Source: Verrucomicrobiota bacterium (lineage in GTDB: Bacteria; Verrucomicrobiota; Verrucomicrobiia; Limisphaerales; JAFGQR01). Taken from it: DNA of 64,000 nt. Below are positions 18,946-29,500 of this stretch, one piece after another. A program made the translations under genes and the position numbers. The notes beneath the pieces are model-generated. The model did no database searches, was not told the DNA's origin, and saw only the letters and a program-made list of their open reading frames with translations. How positions within the stretch are numbered: the stretch's first letter is position 1; each line of letters starts with the position of its first letter. The stretch lies in the NCBI GenBank assembly GCA_016935555.1, contig JAFGQR010000160.1:3062-67061 (forward strand), in the 5' to 3' direction.

Positions 18946-21900
18946 CTACGGGGTGGTTAACCGGTAATACCGGTGTCCCGCGGTGAGGCTCTCGTTGACT
19001 TCGATCAGCGCCGGCAGCGACCGGAGCGGGATATTGGTGATGGTGGTCCAGACGCTCCCGGACAGGTCCGGACTGCCCTGGAGCGTGTAAGACTTTTCGC
19101 AATCGGCCCAGAACCGGATCCGGGCGGTGGCACCCGTGACGGCGAGAGATTCGATGGAGGGATGGCTGGCGGCCATGGGCGCGCCGACGGGGAACCGGCA
19201 GCCCAGGGCCTCGCCGCTGCGGCCGGCATGGAGCGCGGGCGAATTGGGTTGGAGGCGGTAGTCGCGCAAGGCGGCGTTGACAAACAGCGGGTCGGCCACG
19301 AGGACGCCCGGGCCGGCGGTGAAGGTGCCATTGCCGACGACGTTGGTGCTGCCGAAGAGCGTGTGATCGGCGTCGAGGGTGCCCTGGCCCAGCAGCACGA
19401 TGTCGATCGGGTTCCCATACACGATGTTGTTGTAGGAGTTGGTGATTTTGCCGGCGAGGCAGGTCGAACAGGTCTTCAGAAAATTCGAATAGCCGGCCAC
19501 GAGGTTGTCGACGACCGTGCTTTGGTAGACGCCCATCGTGGTGGGGTGCTCGGCAAACTCGCCCGCGCCGGTTTCCTTGCCCTTGATGGCGCCGCGGCAC
19601 CCGTAGATCAGGCAGTTGCTCACGGTGAGCCCCCACACGCCTTCGCCGGCGGAAATGCCGCCGTCGTGGGGAAAGTCGTACATGAGGGTATCCAGGATGG
19701 CGACGCCGACGGAGTAATGGCCCAGGCCGGGTCCGAGGTCGATCGCGTCGGTGTTGGTCTGCGGCCCGTGGCGGAAGGTGCAGCGGCGGATGGTGGAGCC
19801 GGGCAGCACACCGTCGAAATCCAACGCGTCGCTGCTGCTATTGTCCGCATACTCGAACAGGCTGTCCTCGATCACCACCAAGCTGCCCCGCCACAATGTC
19901 TCGTGGTAGGTGCGGAAATGGCAGCCGCGGACGGTGACGACGGCGTTTTCGCACCCGCCGATGGCGTAACCGCCGTCTTTGTAGTCGTGCAGGTAGCAGT
20001 CTTCGAGCAGGAGGGTGGCGTTGGTGGCGCCGACGCAGCCGCCCTGGATCTCCGCATGGCGCACGACCAGCGAGGCGTCGGTGCCGACGGCTGACAGCCC
20101 GCCCCACATGTCCTGGGGGTTCGCACCGGTGAAGACCACCTGGGCACCCGGTGCGCCGGCCACGTCGATGGCCCCGCCGCTGGTGGCCCGCAGGCCGGCG
20201 CGATTCGTCAGCCGGACCACCGTACCCGGTTCGATTCTCAGGGTGATGCCTTCGGGCACCACGACCGGCGAGACCACCAACACCGTGCCCGCCGCCGGCG
20301 ACCACACCGTGTCGCCCGGCAGCGTGCCGCCCGCGAGGAGGACCGGCGGCTGGCGGGTTGCCGCGGCGAGGTTCGAGAATCGGGACAGGCCCGACCCGTT
20401 GGTGGCGCGGACGCGGTAGAAATACGGCTGGCCGATGGCCGCCGAGAGGTCGGTGAACGCGCGGGTATTGGGGCCGACGCCGGCCAGCGGCTGCCACGCG
20501 ATGGCGTTGGTCGAGCGTTGGATTTCGAACCCGCATTCGTTGTCGGCGTCCTCCTGCCATGCGAGCTGGATGGCGTTGGTGCCGGGCGCGTGTGCGGCGA
20601 GGTCAAAGGGCGCGGGAGGCATGCCGCCGACCGGGACCAAGACGCCCATGTCGGCGTCGCCCGCGCCGGCAAACCGGACTGGCGAATCCGGGGCCAGGCG
20701 GTAGTCATGCAGGGCGGGGTCGAGGAAGCGGGGATCGAGGCTGAGGTTGCCGAAGCCGGGGTAGTTGGTGCCTTCGATGTCGCAGTAGGCGGCGGTGATT
20801 GCGCCTCCGCCGGCCAGGTGGATATTCGTCGCGTTGTCCCAGACGATGGTGTTCGTCGCCGCCGCCAGGCCCGGCCCTGGGAACCCCGACCGGACGTAGG
20901 CGGCGATGCCGGTTGTGTTGGAGACGAGCGTGTTTTGTTCGAAGACGCAGTTCGAGGCCGAATACACCGAGATGCCGTAAGCGGCATGATAGACCAGTGT
21001 GTTGCGCACCACGGTGCCGTGCGACAGCGCGGCAATCGACACGCCCTTGTCCGGGAAATCGTGCACCAGGCAGCTCTCAACCCGCATTCGCGGGCAGCCG
21101 CCGTTGTCGATCGCATCGGTTCCCGTGCCGGTTCCGAACCGGTAGGTGGTGCGGCGGATGACCACGTCCGGTTGATCCGCAACGTCTGTGGCATCCGAGC
21201 CGACGTGTTCGACGAGGCAATCCTCGATCAGCAGGGGCGTCTGACTGAACCGGCACTGGTCGTAGCGGGCAAGATGCGTGCGGCGCAGCGTCATCTGCTG
21301 GGCGCTCGCGCCCGACACAAACAGCACCCCCTCGGAAACGAAATCCCGCAGCACGGAATCTTCCACGGTCGCCACCGCGTTCGTCGCTGCCCGCACCTGG
21401 CCGTTGACCACCTCGGCAAAGTGCAGGCTGAGTTCCGAGTTCGCTCCGCTTGCCGACAGCTCACCCCACGTGGTCGCACCGTCGGCCGGCAAAAACCACA
21501 CCGGACTCTCGCCGGATCCCGTGACGCGGATGGCGCCCCCGGCTTGCGCGAGAATGGACGCCTCCGGCTCCAGCAGGACCACCACGCCGGGTGCCACGGA
21601 CAACGTGACTCCGGCGGGCACAGTCAACGCATTGGTCACGCGCACGATCCCCTGCCCCACGTTCCACGTCGCATCGCCGGCTAACACGCCTCCGATGCAT
21701 GTGGACGCGGTTTCCGACACAATGTCCCGGCTGACGGAGACCAGGACGGCCCCGCTGGCGTCGAGCGCGGCGGCATAAAGCCGGTTCATGCCCGGCACCA
21801 GCGGCTGCACGTGGGACCATTCGCCCGAACCCGGAACGAAGGACGCGTCCACACCGTTCACCGCGACGCGGAGGGCCCCGGCCATGGTGTTGGATCCGGA

Positions 21901-22629
21901 CAACAGCACCGTATTGGACGCCACCAGCGAAAAAAAACCGCCCTCGGTGGATACATCCGCACCGCCGGGGACGCGCAGGTCGGCGATGAGCGAAAAGTCG
22001 CTGCTGGTGGTGGCGGAGTTGATGCCCAGCACGGCCAGCACATGGGTGCCGGGCTGAAGCCGGCTGCCGACCTCACCCAAGTCGAACACATCCACGGCCA
22101 GACCCCGGTAGCCGAGCGCCTCATGATTGGCACCCGGGCGAGTGACGGCGTTGAAAGCGGGTTCGACGCCGACGCTGGTTTGCACGTTCGGCGAGCGGGC
22201 GACTTCCACGCCATCCAGGTAGGCCACGAACCCGTCGTCGTAATCCACCGTCAACTCCAGGCGCCGGCTGGGATCGATCGCCTCGCCAATCACAAACGTC
22301 TTCCGAATATACAGCGTCGAGGCACGGTTGTACATCACCGTCAGATCCGTCGCGTCATCGCCGTCATCATACCCGAAACCGCCCGGGCCAGTGCCCCACG
22401 ACGTGCCGAGCGTGACTTCATGATTGGTCTGCCAACCCGGAGGCGGCGCGTTGGTGCCCACATGGAACCGCCACAGGTCGTCGTGCCGCACCAGGGGCGG
22501 CGTGCCGATCTGGAAGGTGAACAGGCCCGTCTGGGCGTGGAGCGTGCAAGCCATGGCGCCGGCGCACAGCAGCGCGGCGACGGTGGCGCACCGACAGGAT
22601 GACGAACAAGTCAGGATCATGGACAACAT
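18946..22629 (-). CDS. Large secreted protein: N-terminal jelly-roll-like module, two right-handed beta-helix regions, FN3-like domain, conserved C-terminal FYRL-type module
   Basis: ORF 18946..22740. The probable start is ATG 22629, giving the signal peptide MLSMILTCSSSCRCATVAALLCAGAMACTLHAQ. Beta-helix-type repeats are readable (e.g. VHDFPDKGVSIAALSHGTVVRNTLVYHAAYGISVYSASNCVFEQNTLVSN). An FN3-like segment follows (PAPFDLAAHAPGTNAIQLAWQ...YFYRVRATN). The protein ends ...YTLQGSPDLSGSVWTTITN...GHRYYRLTTP. Confidence 0.85.
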   Translation of the reverse strand: MLSMILTCSSSCRCATVAALLCAGAMACTLHAQTGLFTFQIGTPPLVRHDDLWRFHVGTNAPPPGWQTNHEVTLGTSWGTGPGGFGYDDGDDATDLTVMYNRASTLYIRKTFVIGEAIDPSRRLELTVDYDDGFVAYLDGVEVARSPNVQTSVGVEPAFNAVTRPGANHEALGYRGLAVDVFDLGEVGSRLQPGTHVLAVLGINSATTSSDFSLIADLRVPGGADVSTEGGFFSLVASNTVLLSGSNTMAGALRVAVNGVDASFVPGSGEWSHVQPLVPGMNRLYAAALDASGAVLVSVSRDIVSETASTCIGGVLAGDATWNVGQGIVRVTNALTVPAGVTLSVAPGVVVLLEPEASILAQAGGAIRVTGSGESPVWFLPADGATTWGELSASGANSELSLHFAEVVNGQVRAATNAVATVEDSVLRDFVSEGVLFVSGASAQQMTLRRTHLARYDQCRFSQTPLLIEDCLVEHVGSDATDVADQPDVVIRRTTYRFGTGTGTDAIDNGGCPRMRVESCLVHDFPDKGVSIAALSHGTVVRNTLVYHAAYGISVYSASNCVFEQNTLVSNTTGIAAYVRSGFPGPGLAAATNTIVWDNATNIHLAGGGAITAAYCDIEGTNYPGFGNLSLDPRFLDPALHDYRLAPDSPVRFAGAGDADMGVLVPVGGMPPAPFDLAAHAPGTNAIQLAWQEDADNECGFEIQRSTNAIAWQPLAGVGPNTRAFTDLSAAIGQPYFYRVRATNGSGLSRFSNLAAATRQPPVLLAGGTLPGDTVWSPAAGTVLVVSPVVVPEGITLRIEPGTVVRLTNRAGLRATSGGAIDVAGAPGAQVVFTGANPQDMWGGLSAVGTDASLVVRHAEIQGGCVGATNATLLLEDCYLHDYKDGGYAIGGCENAVVTVRGCHFRTYHETLWRGSLVVIEDSLFEYADNSSSDALDFDGVLPGSTIRRCTFRHGPQTNTDAIDLGPGLGHYSVGVAILDTLMYDFPHDGGISAGEGVWGLTVSNCLIYGCRGAIKGKETGAGEFAEHPTTMGVYQSTVVDNLVAGYSNFLKTCSTCLAGKITNSYNNIVYGNPIDIVLLGQGTLDADHTLFGSTNVVGNGTFTAGPGVLVADPLFVNAALRDYRLQPNSPALHAGRSGEALGCRFPVGAPMAASHPSIESLAVTGATARIRFWADCEKSYTLQGSPDLSGSVWTTITNIPLRSLPALIEVNESLTAGHRYYRLTTP

Positions 22630-22860
22630 GTCGAGACCGCTTCCCGAGGAAGCGGACGATTCAACCGACACACCCTCGCACGACGCCTGCAAAGCACCAC
22701 CTGGCGCCTGCGGCGCCGCGATTCGGGACACGTTATCCATACCTCATCCGGTCGGAAAATGAAAGCGTTTGCTTAAAGACAGTGGCTTGGCGGAATTTGT
22801 CGCGCGCTGTTCCATCCTGCACATCACCAGGCTGGAAGGCCTGCCGGACACAGTCGCCCG

Positions 22861-23244
22861 TTAATCGCCGGGCAGCCGGCCCCTGCGGCGCATCGCCATC
22901 CGCCCCGGCAACAGCCCGCGTCGCGGGTCATTCGGGGGCCCATAATACCGGTTGAGCAGCACCCGCAGCGATTCCGGGTCGACCAGGAAAAAGCGGAGGG
23001 TGCGGCGGAGGGCGGTTTGGAGGCGGGCCATGGTGGCGTCGGAGGATCCTTTGGGCAATGCCACCCACAGGATGCCGCCGTGCAAGCCCACCGGCAGCGC
23101 CTCGAATTCACGCGCCACCGTTCCCGGCAGACACCGCAGCAGGTCCATGGTGAACTCGAATTGCGAAAGGTCCGCTTCCACGGGCTTGGGCTCGATCCGG
23201 ATCGGGCGCGCGAACGGCTTGGACCAATTCGGTTTCATCGGCAT
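22861..23244 (-). CDS. Small stand-alone protein resembling the N-terminal domain of GspE/PilB secretion ATPases (T2SSE_N/MshEN-like)
   Basis: 127 aa. FTMDLLRCLPGTVAREFEALPVGLHGGILWVALPKGSSDATMARLQTALRRTLRFFLVDPESLRVLLNRYYG follows the T2SSE_N pattern (..a....vlPl......l.va..dp.d...............a....i...l...y). Recognition is by eye only. Confidence 0.5.
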   Translation of the reverse strand: MPMKPNWSKPFARPIRIEPKPVEADLSQFEFTMDLLRCLPGTVAREFEALPVGLHGGILWVALPKGSSDATMARLQTALRRTLRFFLVDPESLRVLLNRYYGPPNDPRRGLLPGRMAMRRRGRLPGD

Positions 23245-23543
23245 GCGGCGGCGCGCTGTCCGCCCGCCGGCCGCGGCACGGATTATTGCGAAACGCGCGC
23301 CTCGTGTCGAGCGGGCCGCGCGGATTCCAGGGGGCGTCTGCGGTCGTTCAAGACAGGCTGGCCAGCAAGCACAGTCCGACGGCCTGCCAGGGGTGCGGGG
23401 AGCGAGGCGGACAAGGGACTGGAAATTTGAGTTGGTTTTTGCCCGGAAATGTGGTACTCATGGTCGAGCACCAAATCATACCGCCGCGAGATCCACCCTC
23501 TGAGGGTTTCCTCAGGTCCGATGCCGTGGCGACATGCGCACCT

Positions 23544-26500
23544 ATGACCTTGACCAGATTGTTTTCATCGTTCCTGGCGGCGAGCCTGGGCCTGGCGGCG
23601 ATTCCGGGCGGGCTGCCGGCCGCGTCGATTCCGGGCCTTTACAACACGGGCGTCAGCACCAGTGGCGCGCTGCTGCCGGGGGGCAGCGTGGACCCGCATT
23701 ACCGGATGATTCAAAGCACCGACACGCAATTTCCGGGGCCCAACGCGATGGTGGTCAATGAAGGGTGGCCGATCGTGCCCGCCGCCAACGGCGTGTGGAT
23801 CGCGAACGGTCCCAGCTCGAAGTGGTTGGGGCCCCAGGCGGCCCAAGGCAACGGCAATCAGCCCGGCGACTATGTCTACCGTCTGACCTTCGACCTGACC
23901 GGGCTGGAACCCAGTTCGGCCGTCATCACGGGCCGGTGGACGTCCGACAACGCGGCCACCGACATCCGCATCAACGGCGTCGGCACCGGGATCAACTACG
24001 ACGGCAACTTTGGGGCGTGGTCGGCGTCTTGGACCATCAGCAGCGGTTTTCGGGAAGGCACCAACACGCTCGATTTCGTCATCAACAACGCCGGCACCGC
24101 GGTGAATCCCACCGCCTTCCGGGTCGAGCTGAGCGGCACCGCCGACTACGAGGCGCCTCCCGGCACGCCGCCGTCCATCCTCGAGCAGCCGGTTTCGGCG
24201 ACCGTGGGTCAGGGGGACGCGGTGACGTTCGAGGTGAGCATTTACGGCGCGAAACCGCTGTTCTACCAATGGCGCCTGAATGGCGAGCCCATCCTCGGCG
24301 CCAACAGCGCCTCGTTCAGCATCCCCAGCGCCGGCTCTTCGGATGCCGGCGCGTACGACGTGGTGGTGACCAACGCCGCCGGCATGGCGACCAGCGATGC
24401 GGCCACGCTGTCCATTGTGGTTCTCAGCCCGGCCCAGCTGAGTTACGAACCGGCGGGCCCCTCCAGCCGGCGGACCGGCCTGGCGTTCACCGAGATCATG
24501 TATCATCCCCCGAAACGAGCCGACGGCCGCACCCTGGAGTTCGTGGAACTCTACAATTCGAATCCATTCTACGAAGACCTGGGCGGGTATCGGCTGGCCG
24601 GGCAACTCGACTACACCTTCCCGGCCGGCACGCGCATCGAAGGTCTGTGCTACGTGGTCATTGCGCCCGTGCCTGAGGATGTGATGGCGGTTTATGGCCT
24701 GGCCAACGTGCTGGGCGGCGCCACCAACCGCCTCGCCAACAACGGCGGACGCCTGCAACTCCTGAAACCATCCGGCGGCGTGGTGCTCGATGTCACCTAC
24801 GACGACCAGCCGCCCTGGCCGGCGGCGGCCGACGGGACGGGCCACTCGCTCGTGTTGGTCCGGCCGTCGCATGGCGAACGCGATCCCCATGCCTGGGCCG
24901 CCAGCGCACAGCGTGGCGGCTCACCAGGCGCGCCCGACCCGGTCCCGGCCGGACCGCTGGAGAACGTGGTGATCAACGAGATCCTGGCCCATACCGACCT
25001 GCCCAATCTCGACTACCTCGAACTCTACAATCATAGTCCTGTCCCCGTCGATGTGTCCGGCGGCTGGCTGTCCGACGACCCCGCCACCAACAAATTCCAG
25101 ATCCCCGCCGACACCACGCTGCCCGCCAACGGCTTCCTGACGTTCGACGAAACCCAGCTCGGGTTCGCCCTCGCCGCCGACGGCGAAACGGTCTATCTCG
25201 TCAGCCCGGACCAGCAGCGCGTGATCGACTGCCTGCGCTACGGCGGCCAGGCCAACGGCGTCGCCTTCGGGCGATACCCCGACGGCGCCGAGCTGTTTCA
25301 GGAACTGACGTGCCCGAGCCCCGACGCGCCCAACGCGCCCATGCGGATTCGGAACGTGGTGATTCACGAGATCATGTACCACCCGATTTCAAACGATGCG
25401 GAAGACGAGTATGTGGAGCTGTATAACCGCGGCGAGACGGCGGTGGAGATGGGCGGCTGGCGTTTCAGCGACGGCATCGACTACGCCTTCCCCCCCGGAA
25501 CCGCGATCGACCCGGGCGGTTACCTGGTTGTCGCCAAGAACGCGGCGCGCCTTCTGACTAACCACCCGGGGTTGAACCCCGCCGTGGTCGTCGGCGACTT
25601 CGGCGGCACGCTCGCAGACGGCGGCGACCGCCTGGTGCTGGCCATGCCCGAGTTCGACCTGGAAACCAACGCCGTCAGCGGCCTCGTCCGCACCAACACC
25701 TTCTTTGTGGTCGCCGACGAAGTGGTCTACGCCGACGGCGGCCGTTGGGGCATGTGGGCCGACGGCGGCGGCAGCAGCCTCGAGCTGAAAGACCCGCGCA
25801 GCGACAACCGGCTGGCGGCCAATTGGGCGGACAGCGACGAGACCGCCAAGGCGCCGTGGACGCTGGTGGAACATACGGGTCTGCTGGACCACGGCACCGG
25901 CAGCGCCAGCACCAACCTCCAAATCCACCTCCAAGACGCCGGCGAAGCCCTGGTCGACGACGTCGAAGTCATCGCCGTCACGCCCGCGGGCGGCAACCGC
26001 ATCCCCAACTCCACCTTCGAGTCCGGCACCGCCGGCTGGGTCTTCAAAGGCACCCACCGCCGCACGTCCCTCGAAACCGCCGAGGGCCACAACAGCGCAC
26101 GGTCGCTGCACCTGCGGGCGACGGACCGGGGCGACACGGTGAATTTTGTGCGTGCCACCTTCAGTTCGCCGTTCAACGCGAACAACACGGCCACCATTCG
26201 CGCCTGGGTGCGCTGGTTGCGCGGGCAGCCGGAGATCCTGTTCCGGTTCAAGGAGAACTACCTGGAGGCGGTGGGGTTCATGACCGTTCCGGCCAACCTG
26301 GGCACGCCGGGCGCACCCAACAGCACCGCCGTCCCCAATGCGCCCCCCGCCATCACCGCCGTGAGCCATCGCCCCGCGCTGCCGGCGGCCAACCAGCCCA
26401 TCCGCGTCCAGGCGCGCGTGCATGATGCGGACGGGGTGGCGGCGGTCACGCTGCGCTATCGCATCGATCCGGCCAGCACCCTGGTCAGCGTCCCCATGGG

Positions 26501-29500
26501 CGACGACGGCACCAGCGGCGACTTGGTGGCCGGCGACGGCGTCTACGGAGCGGTGATCCCCGGCCAGTCCGCCTCCCGCCTGGTCGCGTTCCGCATCGAA
26601 GCCACCGACGCAGCCGCCACACCCGCCGCCAGCCAGTTCCCCGCCGACGCCCCCGCGCGCGAATGCCTGGTGCGCACCGGCGAGTCGGTGCCGGCCGGCG
26701 CCTTTGGCACCTACCGGATGTGGATGACGCAGGCAACGTTCGATTTCTGGACCAACCGCGAGAAGATGAGCAACGAGGCGCTGGACGTGACGTTTGTCTA
26801 CGGCAGCCATCGGATCATCTACAATGCCGGGTCCTACTTCGCCGGCAGCGCGTGGACCAGCCCCGGCTACACCACGCCCTCAGGCAACCTGTGCGGCTAC
26901 GACATCCTCTACCCCGATGACGACCTGCTCCTCGGGGACGATCATGTGACGCTGGACTGGCCCGTGCGCGACCCCACCAACCAGCGCGAACAAATGATGT
27001 TCTGGCTGCTCGAGCAATACGGGCTCCCCAACCTCTACCGCCGCTACATCCACATGTTCGTCAACGGCACCCGCCGCGGCACCATCTACGACGACGTCCA
27101 GCAACCCGGCACCGACGTCCTCGAGGAATGGTTCCCCGAAGACGACGAAGGCGACCTGTTCAAAACCAATTTCTACTTCGAATACGCCGACAACCAGGCC
27201 CGCGAGGGCGGCACTCCCAACACGCTCGAAATCTTCGCCACCACCGGCGGGCAGAAGAAGATCGCGCGCTACCGCTGGAACTGGAAACCGCGGGCGATGC
27301 GCGGTTCGGCCAACGATTTCCGGGTGTTGCTGGACTTGGTGGACGCGGTGAACAGCCAGGGGGCGGCCTACATCCCCGCTGTTGAAAGCCAGGTGGACAT
27401 GGAGCATTGGATGCGCACGTTCGCCATGAACGACCTGGCCTCGTATTGGGATGCGTTCGGCAATCCCAACTACAAGAACACCTATCTGTACAAGCCCGAA
27501 CGCAGCGGCTGGAAGCTGTTCTGCTGGGATTTCGACGTCGGCCTGGGCGCGGGCATCGGCATCGACAACGAACTCTACAATGCGCCGTTGTTCCCGGGGA
27601 ACATCGACCCCACCGTGCAGCGCCTCTACCAAACCCCCGTCTTCGTCCGCGCCTATTGGCGCGCCCTCGAGGAAGCCGTCAACACCTTCTTCACCGCCGA
27701 GGCCGTCACCCCGATTGTGACGGCGAAATACGACGCGTTTGTGGCGAACGGCGTGAACCTCACATCGCCCCTGGTGTCCAGCGGCCGCGGCTACAGCCTC
27801 CCCGGCTTCGTCGCGCAACGCCGTGCCTGGCTCCTCACCCAGCTGGCGACCGTCGCCGCCCCCTTCGCCGTGGCCGCCCCCGACCAGGTCACGCTGGACA
27901 CCAACCTGCTTGTTCTCAACGGCACCGCGCCGGTTGGCGTGGCTGCGTTGACCGTCAACGGCCAGCCCTACCCGGCCGCGTGGGCTTCGGTCAGCAACTG
28001 GACGCTGCGCATTCCGGTGCCGGCAGGATCGAACCTGCTGACGATCGCCGGCGTGGACCGGCTGGGCCACCCCGTTGACGGCGCCACCCGCGACCTGGCG
28101 GTGACGTTCTCCGGCACCAACCTTTCCCCGGTCGGGGTCGTTGTCATCAGTGAAATCATGTTCAATCCCCTCACCCCAGACACCTCCTTCGTTGAACTCC
28201 ACAACACCTCCGCCACCCATGCCTTCGACCTCTCAGGCTGGCGCGTCAATGGCCTCGGCTTCACCTTCCCGTCCGGCTCAACCCTTCTCCCAGGCCAATT
28301 CATCGTCCTCGCCCGCGATGCCATCGCCTTCGGCGCCGCCTTCGGCAACGACCAGCCCGTGTTCGCCGAATTCGAAGGCGCCCTCGACAACGACGGCGAA
28401 ACCCTCAGCCTTCGGATGCCGGGCGCGGCGCCGGGGGAGGAAATTGAAGTGGACCGTGTCACTTACGACGACCTGGCCCCCTGGCCCACCGCCGCGAATG
28501 GGCAGGGGCCGTCCCTCCAGGTCCTCGATCCGCTGCAGGACAACAGCCGGGTGAGCAACTGGACCGACGGCCAGGGCTGGCGTTTCTTCAGCACCAACCG
28601 CAACGTCGGCAGTGTCATCACAACACCCTTCCGGCTCTCGTTCTACTTCGAAAGCAGCGGCGGCGATGTTTATCTGGATGACATCCGCTTCGCCCAGGAA
28701 GACACCCCCGGCCAGGGCACCAATGTGCTCGACAACCCCGGCTTCGAATCCGGCCTGGCCTCGTGGGGCCTTGGCCCGCTGGCCACCAATTCCATGGTCA
28801 TCGGGACCGACGCCCATTCGGGCGGCTCTTGTTTGCAGTTGGTCGTCGCCCCCGGCGGCGCGTCCCTGACCACGTTCTACCAGGAGCTGGCCACGATCAC
28901 GAGGAGCACCAATTATACCCTCAGCTTCTGGTACAAACCCGGCACCGCCGGCACCAACCTCAGTGCGCGCGTCAGCTCGCTCTTCCGCACCTCACTCCTC
29001 ATCGAGGAAATCCTGGCCACGCCCGGCGAGCCAAACGCCGGCGCCCAATCCCTGCCGCCATACCCGCCTCTCTGGCTGAGCGAGATCCAGCCCGACAACC
29101 AATCCACCGTCGCCGACAACCGCGCCGAAATCGATCCCTGGATCGAAATCCACAACGCGGGCTCCGAACGGCTCAGCCTGGACGGATGTTACCTCTCCAC
29201 CGACCTCGGCCGCCTCACGGCCTGGGCCTTTCCCGAAAGCCCGCCCCTGGAGCCCGGCGAATACCGGCTCGTCTGGGCCGACGCGCAGCCCGAGCAATCC
29301 GACACGGCTCACTGGCACGCCAGCTTCCGGCTCAACCCGACCAACGGCTCCGTCTACCTGTCCCAGTCCGTCGCCGGCACTACGCGGATCCTGGATTATT
29401 ACCATTACTCCGACGTTCCCCCGGACCGTTCCTACGGCACTTATCCGCCCGGTCAAAACAGCTGGCGCGACACGTTCCATTACCCCACCCCGGGGAACAC

